Positions 48,276 to 61,354 of a stretch of 64,000 nucleotides of DNA are shown here, piece after piece. The stretch is from NCBI GenBank assembly GCA_964234715.1, contig OZ174278.1. One strand, written 5' to 3'. Source of the stretch: Podarcis melisellensis. Lineage: Eukaryota. The position numbers were made by a program, and so were the translations under genes. The first letter of the stretch is position 1, and the number at the start of each line of letters is the position of its first letter. The notes beneath the pieces are model-generated. The model ran no database searches. It saw nothing but the letters and a program-made list of their open reading frames with translations, and was not told the DNA's origin.

Positions 48276-48961
48276 GTGTGTTTTTTGAATGAGGATCTCT
48301 CCTTTTCCTTGCTTTGTAAGGAAATTCGCACTACTCTGCTTCTGTGGTTGGTAGGTTATTTTTCATTAAGAGCACCTGGACAATTTTTGCCATGAATACT
48401 GTAAGTTAAAAAGTTAAAAGTTTGTAATATATACACTGTTTAATGTAATAAGAGAATGCTCTTGCTGTAGAAAAAGGGTCACTAACAATCTTTTGGGACC
48501 AGCGGGCAAGTTTTGAATTTTGAGAAACCACATTCACACCTGTGCCATGAAGATGTGGCACAATGGCACATAGCTGCTTCAAAAGCCATCCGGGATAGCA
48601 CATAGCTGTTCTGCAGCAGCTTTCATTTGCTTTTGATGTTTTTCAGCAATTTCAGATATGAAAAATTAATTCATTATCTGTTCCTCCGGAGCTGGCGATA
48701 GCAATTCCAAATGATGTAAACACATGATTTTTCTGATAGGAAAATGGGTGCCTTACGCTGTGCTCTTTCCAATATCTACTTTAGCCTGCCCTTCTCTATA
48801 ATACTCTAAATTCAGTACTCCAGCAAACTCTTTGTGAACTGTTGGTTTAGTTAGTGAAAAAGCTCTTAATGCAGGATGACCTTGAACAATTAAAACTAAT
48901 AATAGGGCCCTTCAGTAAACCTTGCTGATTTTCAATGTGTGTTTTCTCTCTCTTTTTTAAG

Positions 48962-49061
48962 ATGGAGATGCTTCTTGCGAAAATCCCAACTCTCTTCCCT
49001 TAACAGCGATACCCGCAAGCCTTGTGGACGCATCTGATTTTGAGTGTTCCCTTTGCATGAG
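48962..49061 (+). CDS. LONRF2: LONRF2 exon 6 (start of second RING)
   Basis: ttttaag|(D)GDASCENPNSLPLTAIPASLVDASDFECSLCM(R)|gtatta. Confidence 0.92.
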
Positions 49062-50624
49062 GTATTAGCAATAAATGGACTAAATGTTGTTTGGAAAATA
49101 TTGTGTGGCATTTTAAAGGCGGAGGAAAGTGGGAAAGATCCTGTCTTATGCACACTAAGCTATTTAATTCATAATCTATCAATCTATCTACCCATGGAGG
49201 TGAGGAACCACTCATCAGCTGGAGGGCTGGATCTGAAAGTGGTCAACTTTCAGGCCACATTGACAGGATGGCCGACCTGCCAGTCACCCGATGCCATAAA
49301 AACCCCGAGCTCCTGAGTGCATCCTATATCCACTGAAAGCAGCATGACGGTGTAAGGTGCCAAATTCAAGCAGTGCCAAAGATAAAGGATCCGTCTGGAG
49401 TGTGCTGCAGGTTCTCCTGTTGCGACAGGGGATTTACCTTTGGGTGCTGCTCGTATCTGGCACCTTGCCCTGCTGTGCTAATTTTGGCAGGGATCAGGTA
49501 TGCTTGGAAGTGACACGGAACTCCTGAGCGTATTCAGTCCCTGCCGAAAGCAGCACAACAAGGTGCGGTGCCAAAGGAACGTCCTGTGAAATTGGGTGAC
49601 AGGCAGGTGGGGTGTAGCTCAGCTGAAAGGGCCTTGCAGGCCCTGAATGGAGAGAATCGGCGGTCCTCATGCTGATGCCCCCCTATCTTCAGCAAATCAG
49701 CACAACATTTTTTTATAGTGTATTTGTTGATTTGCAGAACTCGTAGGATTGTTCAGGCCAACAATGTGTCCTCAGAGGGCTTTTTTCTTCTTCAGCCTGA
49801 ACTCTCCAGAGCTCAGTTCTGGCACCTCTAAGGTGGGCACCTTTGCCATTATAAGTGAACAAGGGAGGTGTTCCTAGTGAGTTCTGGAACCTCTTTTTCT
49901 AGAAAAATAGCACTGGTCCTCCAGATGATTCTTGACTCTCAGCTCCCCTTCAGCCCTAGCCAGCCGTGCCAGTGGTCATGGAAGTTAGGTGCTGCAGTAC
50001 AAAAACTTCAGGAGGGCATCACATTGATTTCCTGTGGAATATGTGCTCTTTAGCTATTCTCAAACTCTTTTTTAAAAACCGAGCTCTCAGTCATATAGCT
50101 TATGAAATTACTTGCCTCGCCAAAAGTTGTGCAGTTGAATGTACCAGAGAGTGAGTTACTGCCACTGACATTTTGGGAGCAGCATTCAAAATTCATCAGG
50201 CACCAGGTGCGCTTCGCACCTGCCCATTGGCCACTTGCGACCAAGTGAAGATGCCCAGGTGCCAGGATGGTGCCTGACGTCTCCACCATCTGGAGGTGCA
50301 TGTCTGGGGATCCTTGGACCTTGACTCTTTTCACACACTAATACCGCATCCTGTAGAATTCTATCCATTATATTTTATCTGCACCATCAGAATAAATTTC
50401 AGGAACCCAAAAGTCGTATTGAAAACTTTTGAGCCATCTGACCCCAAAATGGTGACTGAACATTCTGTTTTGGTGACTGCAACCCTGGTATAAGGAACAA
50501 TTTGGCGTCTACCTTATATATATGAGTATCTTAGTATCTTAACACTGGAGAGCTGTTATTTGTACCTCATGAAATCACATATGCCTTTATTAACGTATGT
50601 GAAAATTCTGGAGTTGTGCTTTGA

Positions 50625-50843
<219 letters not shown>

Positions 50844-51167
50844 TAATACTTACTGTTAGCAAACCAGGTGCGGGGGGGGGGAGGGGGGCTGGCTTGCAAA
50901 ATAAGGAATTGGTGATGCAGAAGTAGGTGTGTTCCTTTGATAAAGGCCCTCAGGGTATGCAGGAAAACTTTCGGGTGTGGGTGAAATACCCTCCACTCAA
51001 AATTGCAGCAGGACACAAGGCTAGGCATGCTCAAGAGTTGCACAGCTCAGCTTAGTTTTATTTATATTTATTTAATATATTTATGTCCTTTCCCCCCCAA
51101 GTTTGGGAATCAACGTGGCTCGCAACGTTTTTAAAGCATCTTTATAAAATGCAAAGTAATGCAAAGA

Positions 51168-51295
51168 GTGTGGGATTCTTAATCTCCGGGTGGTGGGTTT
51201 GAGCTCCATGTTTTGCAAAACATTCCTGCATTGTAACGGGTTGGACTAGATGATCCTTCAGGTCCCTTCCAACTCTATAAAGTTGTGTGATTCTA
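51168..51295 (+). mobile_element. tRNA-Lys-headed short retroposon with a CR1 3' tail
   Basis: gggattcttaatctccgggtggtgggtttgagctcca (tRNA-Lys CTT-like) joined to attcctgcattg...gggttggactagatgat..cccttccaactct..tgattcta. Confidence 0.6.
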
Positions 51296-52345
51296 AACAG
51301 CTGTGAATAGAAGTTAGGCTGAAAGGAAGCAAGGTGTTTCTTATGTGCTACCCTTCAGCCTAAGCTCCCAGAGCGGATTTGGAGGCCAAAGGAGATCGAG
51401 CTGTACGCTTTCCCCCAAAAATTATTGCAGGGTCTGGAAGGCTTTCCTCTTGGGGGAACAACGAGGTTTTTCATTTGGTATGATGGCAAAGGGAAGGGAG
51501 GAAGCTCATGTACACACTCTTTAGCCCAGACACCGCTGAAGGGATTGGGCTATTGTGGACCTCCTGAGTCTTGGATCCACACACCCAATTCAAGAGAAGG
51601 TGTCAAATATTTCTGGAACTGGCCTCATGAACACTGAGCCTGCAGGGACTTGCCACACTCCTGCTATGTCTGAGCTGGACTCCTCCTGGCTGCAGCTGCT
51701 GCCCACACAGCCAGGAAACGTGGGGGAGGGATTAGTAGAGGAGCAAAACAACAACAACAACCCTCTTTTGGCAAGCTCCCTACCTATTAATGTGAATCTC
51801 ATTTTATAGCTGGGCATCTCAAAGAAGCTTGGCTAGCAAGATGTGAATATACTGAACAGCAGTAGTTAAACATGAATTATTTCCTCCAAGGTCGTTTTTG
51901 ACTACAAAAAAAGGAAAGCTTTACCACAATAATAGAATGGTTCCTGTTCTTTCTTTCTTTTTACAACATCTTCTGCAGATATAGTAATGAGTGCCCCCCC
52001 CCCTAGTTTGCTATCCCAGGTATCTGTCCTGGCTGTTGAAAACCCTTCCCTGCACTATACAGGATTGTGCCATCTTTGTGTATTTTGCACACACTTTTTC
52101 TTCTTCTCTTCAGACTTTAAGGCAAGGATGGCAGCGCCTGGGGCCTACAGATGATGTTGGAAGTCAGACTCCTGTCAGCATATCTAATGACAAGGGATTG
52201 TAGGAGTTGCCATCCAACAACATCTGCAGGCCCCCCACAGTGCTTTTAAAATATGGAAAGGTTTGGCTAACCACACTAACTTCATCACTAGATTCTGCCC
52301 CTAAGCCAGCTTTGTTACTGAGTTCTTGAATGCTTTCATTTTTAG

Positions 52346-52468
<123 letters not shown>

Positions 52469-52778
52469 TAAGCAGCCTTCCTATGAAAGAGAGGAGGGCA
52501 GGGGCGAAGGGGAAAAGCCTGTTACGATGTGTGCCTTGCTCATGATTGTGCTGGCTCATGATTTATTTCCTTCAAGCGCACCACAAGCAGTAGGCCAAGA
52601 ACAAACATGGAGTGCAGGCCTGCTCCAGTTGATTTTAAAACTGTGGATTAATGTTGCATGTGGGTGTGTCACTGATAGAAGGGAGGCCTAGGAAATAGGG
52701 AATAATAATGTCAACACAGCCAAGCTTATTTCATGGCAGGTTTCAGAAAATAGCATTTGGCTGCATGCGCTGATTTAA

Positions 52779-52961
<183 letters not shown>

Positions 52962-53637
52962 TAAGCAAAGGATTTGGAAGCAGACTTGAAAATACTAAAT
53001 TCCTGAAAGAGATGCTGGTGTTACGGAGTGTGTGTGTCTGAACCCACCTGTGTGTCCAGCACTCAGGTGTATTCATACACACACTACCAAGAACTTTTAA
53101 GGATCTATGGCTAGAGTTACGATGTGTGTTCGTTATGAATATGTGTTTATCCATAACCATGTGCCGACAAGAAGTTCTCACCCAAAAGGAATAAAGAAAG
53201 ATTGTTTTATTACATGTGTTGAAAGTGACTTGTCTGTATTACATGCTGCCTCAGATGACAAAACGACAATTCAAGCAGGCGGCAAATCCTGCAGCACATA
53301 CACACCTTGATCTAAAGAGTTAAAGAACTCCTAACTATTCCCCCTCAATAATCTCATGGGGAGTTGCAAAGTACTAAGAAAATCCAGCCATCTGAACGTA
53401 GTCCCTGCATTCTTCTAACACCAATGTTGCAGCCTTTCATCAGTCACAGAATAGGCAACCTTGTTCCACATGCATTGCATCTCTCTGATCACGTATATGC
53501 ACAATTTCTGCAAGAACCTTTTACAGCTTGATTCTAGACATGCTTATACATGGAACTGATGATTCCATATTGAATCAATGAAACACATTCCTTAAGTATG
53601 CTTAGAATTTTTAGGTATACTTAATACACAGAACTAA

Positions 53638-53841
<204 letters not shown>

Positions 53842-54301
53842 TGAGGCTTTTTGTTCTACACTTGCCTTCCAAGTATGCATCCTTTTATTTAATTAACTGC
53901 AAAATAAATTATGTTGGTTTTGGGTCCCCCCACCATTAGACAACCCCATCCTAACCTCTTAATACTAACCTCTCTTCATCTCTTGCCATTTTCTCCTTCT
54001 CTACCAACCATAGAACCTTCTTTCCCCAGTAGTTTAAGCCGTTTCCTTCCTCTCCTCTGCTCTGCATATTGGTCCACTAACATTAGGAAATTTAATATTT
54101 GATTACTTTGAATTGAAACACTATGCTCAACAAGTTTTGAAGAGACAGCATCATACCAAACTTCACAATGACTGGAAGCATATTCCTGGAGATGTTTATA
54201 ACTTTATTGTGTAGCATTCCTAGTTGTACATGCCCTGCACAGCCTGAAAAATATATCGAGTGAGAAAACATGAGTTTATAGCAGCAGCAGTTTGGGGAAA
54301 A

Positions 54302-54663
54302 GGGACGCAGGTGGCGCTGTGGGTTAAAGCCTCAGCGCCTAGGACTTGCCGATCGAAAGGTCGGCGGTTCGAATCCCTGCGGCGGGGTGCGCTCCCGCTG
54401 CTCGGTCCCAGCGCCTGCCAACCTAGCAGTTCGAAAGCACCTCCGGGTGCAAGTAGATAAATAGGGACCGCTTACCAGCGGGAAGGTAAACGCGTTTCTG
54501 TGTGCGGCTCTGGCTCGCCAGAGCAGCGATGTCACGCTGGCCACGTGACCCGGAAGTGTCTCCGGACAGCGCTGGCCCCTGGCCTCTTAAGTGAGATGGG
54601 CGCACAACCCCAGAGTCTGTCAAGACTGGCCCGTACGGGCAGGGGTACCTTTACCTTTACCTT
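54302..54663 (+). mobile_element. Young full-length Sauria SINE, nearly identical to the 42432 copy
   Basis: 12-bp TSD agtttggggaaa at 54289-54300 and 54664-54675; tRNA-like head and (ccttta)n tail. Confidence 0.94.
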
Positions 54664-56031
54664 AGTTTGGGGAAACAAGCAACATGAGAAATGGGAATTT
54701 CACTAAAATTGGTGGTTATAGGTACTGCTAGTAGTATTTAGTGGACAAATGTTAGAACTGGCATTTATAATCTGCCTGTAATTTGTATCATGCCTCTTAA
54801 ATAGTGGTGCTCTGCTTTAGATTGTGATAAGGCATTAGAAAGCTCTATATTGGATCACGCGTTCCTCAAGCATGCTTTGGTCACTGGCACTTAATCCTGT
54901 TAATTTCTGCAACTGGTTTCTCCAGCAGCACAACGTAAAGTTGTTCTCAGATAGAAGGAACAGATGAAGGCATAGAGAATAGGCTATCATTCTGATCTTG
55001 AAGGTTAAAATAACTTGAGCTCTGTGTTGAGTTTTGGAGAGAATACTAGAAATAGATCTCTTATTACATGCAGAGCAAGAGTTAGCAGCAGAAAAAAATC
55101 ATTTGTTCAAATATACTCAAATTACAACTCATTTCGTAAGGGTCTTTTACCAGTTTATTTGCCTAATATCCACTCTGTAAAGAGACTTACCTCCCATCCT
55201 CCACATCAGTCATGGGCATCGGGGAGAATACAGATGACTGTTTAGCAAGTGGCATTTCAAACAGCGTGCATATATATAATCGCTCACTGTTGATTGCCAT
55301 CTTTCCATCCTTCAAAAGGAGGATTGAAAGCTTACCAGACCAGAGGTTGCTAATCTGCAACACGATTGTGTAAATAATTGAAAGCACATACACACATTAT
55401 TCACTGTATCAGAAGGGCACTAATGCAGCACTAAACCATGAGAATAACAAGCTTTGGAAATGCTTGAGGTGACAGGGAGTTGGTTCCTCCCAGAATCTGG
55501 TAGAATTCCACTTTTTAGTTTGCAAATTCCGCTACCTCAAAATATGGCAGAACCTTCTTTTGTATCAAGGGCGCCATTTTGATTCCCATGCGAATGTCTG
55601 GACAAAAGCTTTGCCATAAAACAGTGGCTCGAGAAGTTTCCACGTGAAGCAGATGTGTGTAAAATTGTACGCTTGTGCTTCATGCACTTTGTTGAACTCT
55701 CTACTCTTCACTTTCCATCCTTCCCCTAAGAAGGTTGTCCTTGTGGATGACTGTCCCTTTTAAATACAGTGAAATCCTCTTAAGGCAGAAGCCACATTGA
55801 GTCAAGGAGGTTTGATCTGCCTTAAGAATAGCACCCAAATGCATGAAGGCTATGGGAGAGCTCGCAGACCCATTGCGCTGTTAGAAGCAGTCGCTGAGTT
55901 TAAGGATCTAGGAGGGGAGATAGCAAGTTAGGCTCAGTGGTAAGAGATGGAAGTTTTGACTTTTTAGGTGGCTGCCACAAGGTTCCAGTACAAAGAAATT
56001 GCTTCCCCATGCTAGCAGGCCTTGGGGAATA

Positions 56032-56273
56032 TAGTCATACCTCATGTTGCGTTAGGTTCATGTTGCGTCTTTTCGGCTTGCGAACGCGGCAAACCCAGAA
56101 GTGTCTACTTCTGGGTTTTGCCGTGTGTGTGTGCACAGAAGCTTTCTGCGCGCTATGCGCAGAAGTGTTCTGCGTGCTTCGCACATGCGCAGAAGCGGTG
56201 CTCCAGTTACGGGCTTTTTGGGGTGCGAGCGGCACCCCGGAACAGATCGAGTCTGTAACTAGAGCTACCACTG
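56032..56273. mobile_element. Tigger-like MITE with internal palindromes
   Basis: Degenerate TIRs tagtcatacctc / gagctaccactg|ta; internal inverted repeat ggcaaacccagaagt..acttctgggttttgcc. Confidence 0.6.
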
Positions 56274-57593
56274 TAATGTTCTTCCTTGAATAATTGGGAG
56301 GAGCCACTCATTTCAGTCAGAAAGTTTCTTCTGTATAACTGCTTCTATAAGGTGTGGGTGTCATGCTTCCGTTACGATGGTTTTTGAATTATATTTAGTT
56401 TATTGTATTGTGTTGAGTGGTTTGCTGTTAATCTATTTTTTGGGGGGGGGGTTGCAGATGCCTGTTTTATTGCATTGATTTTAATAATCTGATTTGGAAT
56501 ATTTTTTACTGTTGCTGTTGAAGTATGGTGGAGCTTATTTTTTTTACAGTTGTTTTTAATGTTTCATTCATTTAGGAAAAAATATATACCCTTAATGAAA
56601 TATCTACACACATCAATTAATATAAGGTGATCAATAATACACAGATAAAAACCAACATTTTAAAAACATGCATACATAATAGTGATCTGTGTCTGGATAG
56701 GTTTGCTGAATTAAAAGTTTTAGCTGGCTTCTCAAAAAGTATAGAAACAAGTTCCTGTCTAACATTTAAAATATACATATATATTTGTAACCTATGTTTT
56801 AAATTGTTTTAAAAAACAATTTATATTGGTCTTTAAACAAATACAATTAGCATTAAACACTTATCCAGCAGTACATCTGATGGTGTTCGTTTTATCTATT
56901 GTCTCTAGACATACACTTACACATTCAACATTCAGACGAAAAGTTATCTAAAGCAGTTAGTATAAAAAAACCCAAACGAAATGAACACCTTTACCACCCA
57001 AAGGATCTCTGTTTCGCTTTTGAAGGAGAAAGTTTGTGGCCCTTGTGATTGCAAAGCAAGTGTTGGTGGGTTTTTTACACAAACTTATTGCAGTTTCTGC
57101 CACACACTTAGGGGACAGAATGGGTCTGAGTAGAGCTTTCAGGCAGTACACCTTCTCTAGGCTACACTGTCCTCTGCCCCAGTGCCCATTTTAGCTCAAA
57201 AATCCAGTTACTGTGGCCCAAGTCATTTTGAAAGTGGCTTAACTGTTTAGGCAGCACTTTAGGGCCTTAACCACACTTACCCTTTGCTCCGTTTTTTTCC
57301 AGGCACAGGTCCACACTTTCCTGGTCTGTGTCCAAGTGCTCTTCCCCCCCACCCCGATCTTTACCAGTTAAAACCCACTCTTTAAAGCTGAATCGGAGCA
57401 AACAGCTATTCAGATATTCCCTGGATTGCCTTTTGCTCCAATTCATCTTTCAAGAGTGGGTTTTTGCGGGGGAAATTCTGAAGCAAAAAGGGGGGCACTC
57501 GAAATAAACCCTCATTCATATTATCTGCCTTGTTTTTGTCACGCTGCAAATGAGAGAAACGTGACTTTGAATCCCTTTTTGTGCATTGTGCAG

Positions 57594-57743
57594 GTTGAAG
57601 GGGCAGAGTATGAAGAACTTGTCCGCCTTCATGATTCAGTCTATGATCAAGCTGTCGCCTGGTTTACTTCTCTTAAAGACAACATGAAAGCGCAAATTCT
57701 GAACCACTTTGGGTCCATGCCAGGGAAGGAGCCTGAGCCACAG
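57594..57743 (+). CDS. LONRF2: LONRF2 exon 11
   Basis: tgcag|VEGAEYEELVRLHDSVYDQAVAWFTSLKDNMKAQILNHFGSMPGKEPEPQ|gtaagt. Confidence 0.96.
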
Positions 57744-59015
57744 GTAAGTGCTATACATACCACAAGTCTCCATTCAAAAAGATGTTCATGGATCAGAACG
57801 TCTAAGATCATGGAGTTTTGCAGGGAGGTGGACCAGAGGTTCCTTTCACCCTTCCTCTGAAAGCGTGGGGAAATTCCTGGAGACCAATCCTGCAGACCAA
57901 AGCTTGCTGCTTGAAAGTGTGGAGCAGCAGGGCCCAGGAAATGTGCTGTATAGGGATAGGGTCCATGCAAACCACATCCCTAGGCCCCAACAAAGGAATA
58001 TAAACCTAATAGACATCCAGTGATGACATCCAGTGACGACACATACACACCCCGTCCCTAAAACAACAGCAGAATTCTCAGAGCTGAAATTTGTAAGAAG
58101 TTCAATTTACTAAATTGAGAAAGTGTCAAAGATAGGAGCGTGCGGAGTACGTTTTTCACCAGGGGCCAAGTATGCATTATATGCAAATGTGCCTTAGAAC
58201 CAACCCCCTTTCTTTAAAAAAGAAAAATAACTTTGGGAAGAAGAAATTTGGAATGGAGAGACAGCAGGGGAAGTGCTTAACCCCCACCGCCCACCCCTTG
58301 CCACTGCCAAATTGCTCCCTGACTGCTTTTCCCTCTATGAGGTTCCAGCACACATTTATGAGGCAGTTAGGATGAGAAAACCTGCTACTTCTCTCTGCTC
58401 CAAATACCTCCTCCCAAAACTGTTTTTCTGCCAAAAAAAAAAAGATAAATTAGAGGGGGAATGGCTCTAATTCATGCTGTTGTTCAAGTTGGGGGAAGTG
58501 TTACAGGTAATCCACCGTTAGATTTTTCAAGAGAGAGAGGGAGGGAGAGACTGTCCTTCTGCCCTAAAAATACATATATTGGTAGCTAGTTGCTATACTA
58601 AACTGTGGTCTATGCTCCCTTGCTTCTGGGAGTAAAACAACAACCACCACCTTTAAAAACATCTAGTTAAATATCCGCCACCAATAAATCTTGCACATTT
58701 GGATTACCACCCAGGGAGAATCCATTAAGATGTTAAATCCTCATTTGTGTCATAATTACATTTGGACTTGCTCACATAGACTGATAACTCATTTTAACAG
58801 ACAGACATTGGAGCAAATTTTGTACGGGCTTCAGTTTAGCTTTGTTTCCTTGGTCTGTTTTTGTGCATTAGCCTTTTCTGAGATTATAAACCAATCATTT
58901 TGTGCTAGTACAAGTGAAAGTACAGCCTTATCAGTAACACGGGACTGTTCTATCGAAACAGTTACAGAGATCTTCCTTTGACGATTGCACTTGAGAGACC
59001 ACATAGTGAGTGGTT

Positions 59016-59016
<1 letters not shown>

Positions 59017-59051
<35 letters not shown>
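59017..59051. repeat. (GT)n microsatellite
   Basis: Direct reading. Confidence 0.95.
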
Positions 59052-59052
<1 letters not shown>

Positions 59053-59733
59053 AGAACACACTCTGGAAATTTTAGAAAGGAGCAAATCTGCATGAATGAT
59101 CAGTGTTGTTCTTAGTTCAGCTTTTAGTGCTCAAAACTGCTTAAAGCCAGAATGGAAAAAGCAATTCTCATTAAAGGAAAAATCTCCACCCGTGTTTTTC
59201 TTCCTATTTCATCAACAAAGATTGTGGGATGGCCTCAAGATGTCCATTCCTATAATGCCAACTGTATGATTTCACATGGGCTTTTAACCTAAACATGGTA
59301 GTGGATGACTTAGATGTACATTCAGTCTCTTTAAACAAATACACATTCTCTGTCTCTCTCTTTCTCTCTAACTATCATGATAAACACCAGTATTACAACA
59401 GACCAAAGGTTATTGTCATACCATAGCTTTGTTTGTTCCTATTCTGTGCCAATTATTTTTAGCCAGGTATAATTTTGTCTTAGACAGAGATCAAGCTAGA
59501 AATAGAAATAGTTTCAGAAATGAGAGTGCTCTTTTGGTTTTAGTTTTAACTCCCTGTTATAGTACTGTTTTCTCCAAAAGATGGGTTGGTGAGAGGAATA
59601 GAGGGTCTGTTCTCACTGTCGGTCGCCTGAGGATTTTGCAGAATGCGGTATTTTGGATCACCCTATAAATAGTAAGACATTTTAGTGCAGAGGGTTGTTG
59701 TTTAGATTTTTCTATAAATATTAAGCACGTTAA

Positions 59734-59922
<189 letters not shown>

Positions 59923-61323
59923 CACATCCTCATTTGTGAACAGACACTGAAAACAAATGGTTGTGAATACTCCTAAGTATTCTCAAGAGACCGACGCATT
60001 CTTCCCTTTCAGTGAAACTGATCTGCTCATCTAAGCACTCACAATTTTTTATTTTTTATTTTATTTTTTTGCACACACTCTGCCCAGTAGTTAACCAAGC
60101 ATTCTGTGCCTCTTGTCCTGGAGAAATCTGAGCCTCTTAGAAGTTGCGCCACAATCGCAGCATAGCCGATCACTGCAGGCAACAACTTGGAATCGCTACT
60201 TGCAACCAACTGTCCATTTTATCACGGGGGGGACAACTGAGTCACAAGCCCTGAGATGCCCCTGAAGCCCCATTTTGAATTCTACACAGCAGAACTCGGA
60301 ACAAACAGTGGATTAGAAACTGAAAAGAAACTTTGAAAAACAATTCTTAGAGGTTGCCAGTTGAAGGGAAACCCCCCAAAATATCCTCCAGAGGAAGAAT
60401 GCACAAGACAACAAGTGTTAAATGAACAGGGGGCAGTCTTTTCGTCTGTAGCATATTGACAAAATGATTGATCTGTGAAGCAAAATGTGTTTTCCTGGAC
60501 GTTCGCCTTGCAAGACAGTGTTTGACCAAAAGAGTAGCTGGTGACAGCACTGCGGCTGATCAACCCTCCCTGTCTTTGTAACTTGCATGCTGTGTGTAAT
60601 GGGAAATAGTGTTTCGATGTATGTATAGGATGGTCGGGTTCCCCTAAACCGCCCCCCCCACTTCCTACAAATAGAAAAAAAGAATAACCTCAGGTGACCC
60701 GCGTTACAATATGGAAAAAAGTTACTTATGGATAGCCTGTTGTCAGTGGTTGTGACTTAGATATCGGTACGCATGAGGATCCTGCAGCCTCCCGTGCCGG
60801 ATGGAATTCCCTGTGTGCGCGGGATGCTTTTTTTTGCTGCCATTGGAGCCACTTGAGCATGCTGAGCTTCATTGCTGGATCATGGCCAGCATTTCTAGCA
60901 TATGTACATATATACTTGGTTCAAGCAGTTCTGTGGTAATCTCTCAAAAGGCCGCTGAGATATAGAATTGCCATTTCAAATTACCCTTCCATGCTCATTC
61001 TGCAAGTATAACTCAGAACAGGTAAGAGCCAGTTTCCACCTATATTTTCAACAGCCATGCCAGCCTAACCTGTTATACTGGAACAATGTTTGTTAGCAAA
61101 TTTTTTTTAAAAAACCAAAACGATAATATTATTACTCGTTATGTACCGACCACTGTCTGTGCTTGGAGTCTTGGTCCTCAGTGACAACTTTGAGAGGAGG
61201 CACATACTGAAATCTGTAAAGGCAAATTTCAATGCAAGCTTAAACCAGGTGTTAACCTTCAATTAGTTGTTGGTTCTGTAAATATAGCTGTATTTTGATG
61301 TCTCAGTACGTATTGTTAATAAT

Positions 61324-61354
<31 letters not shown>

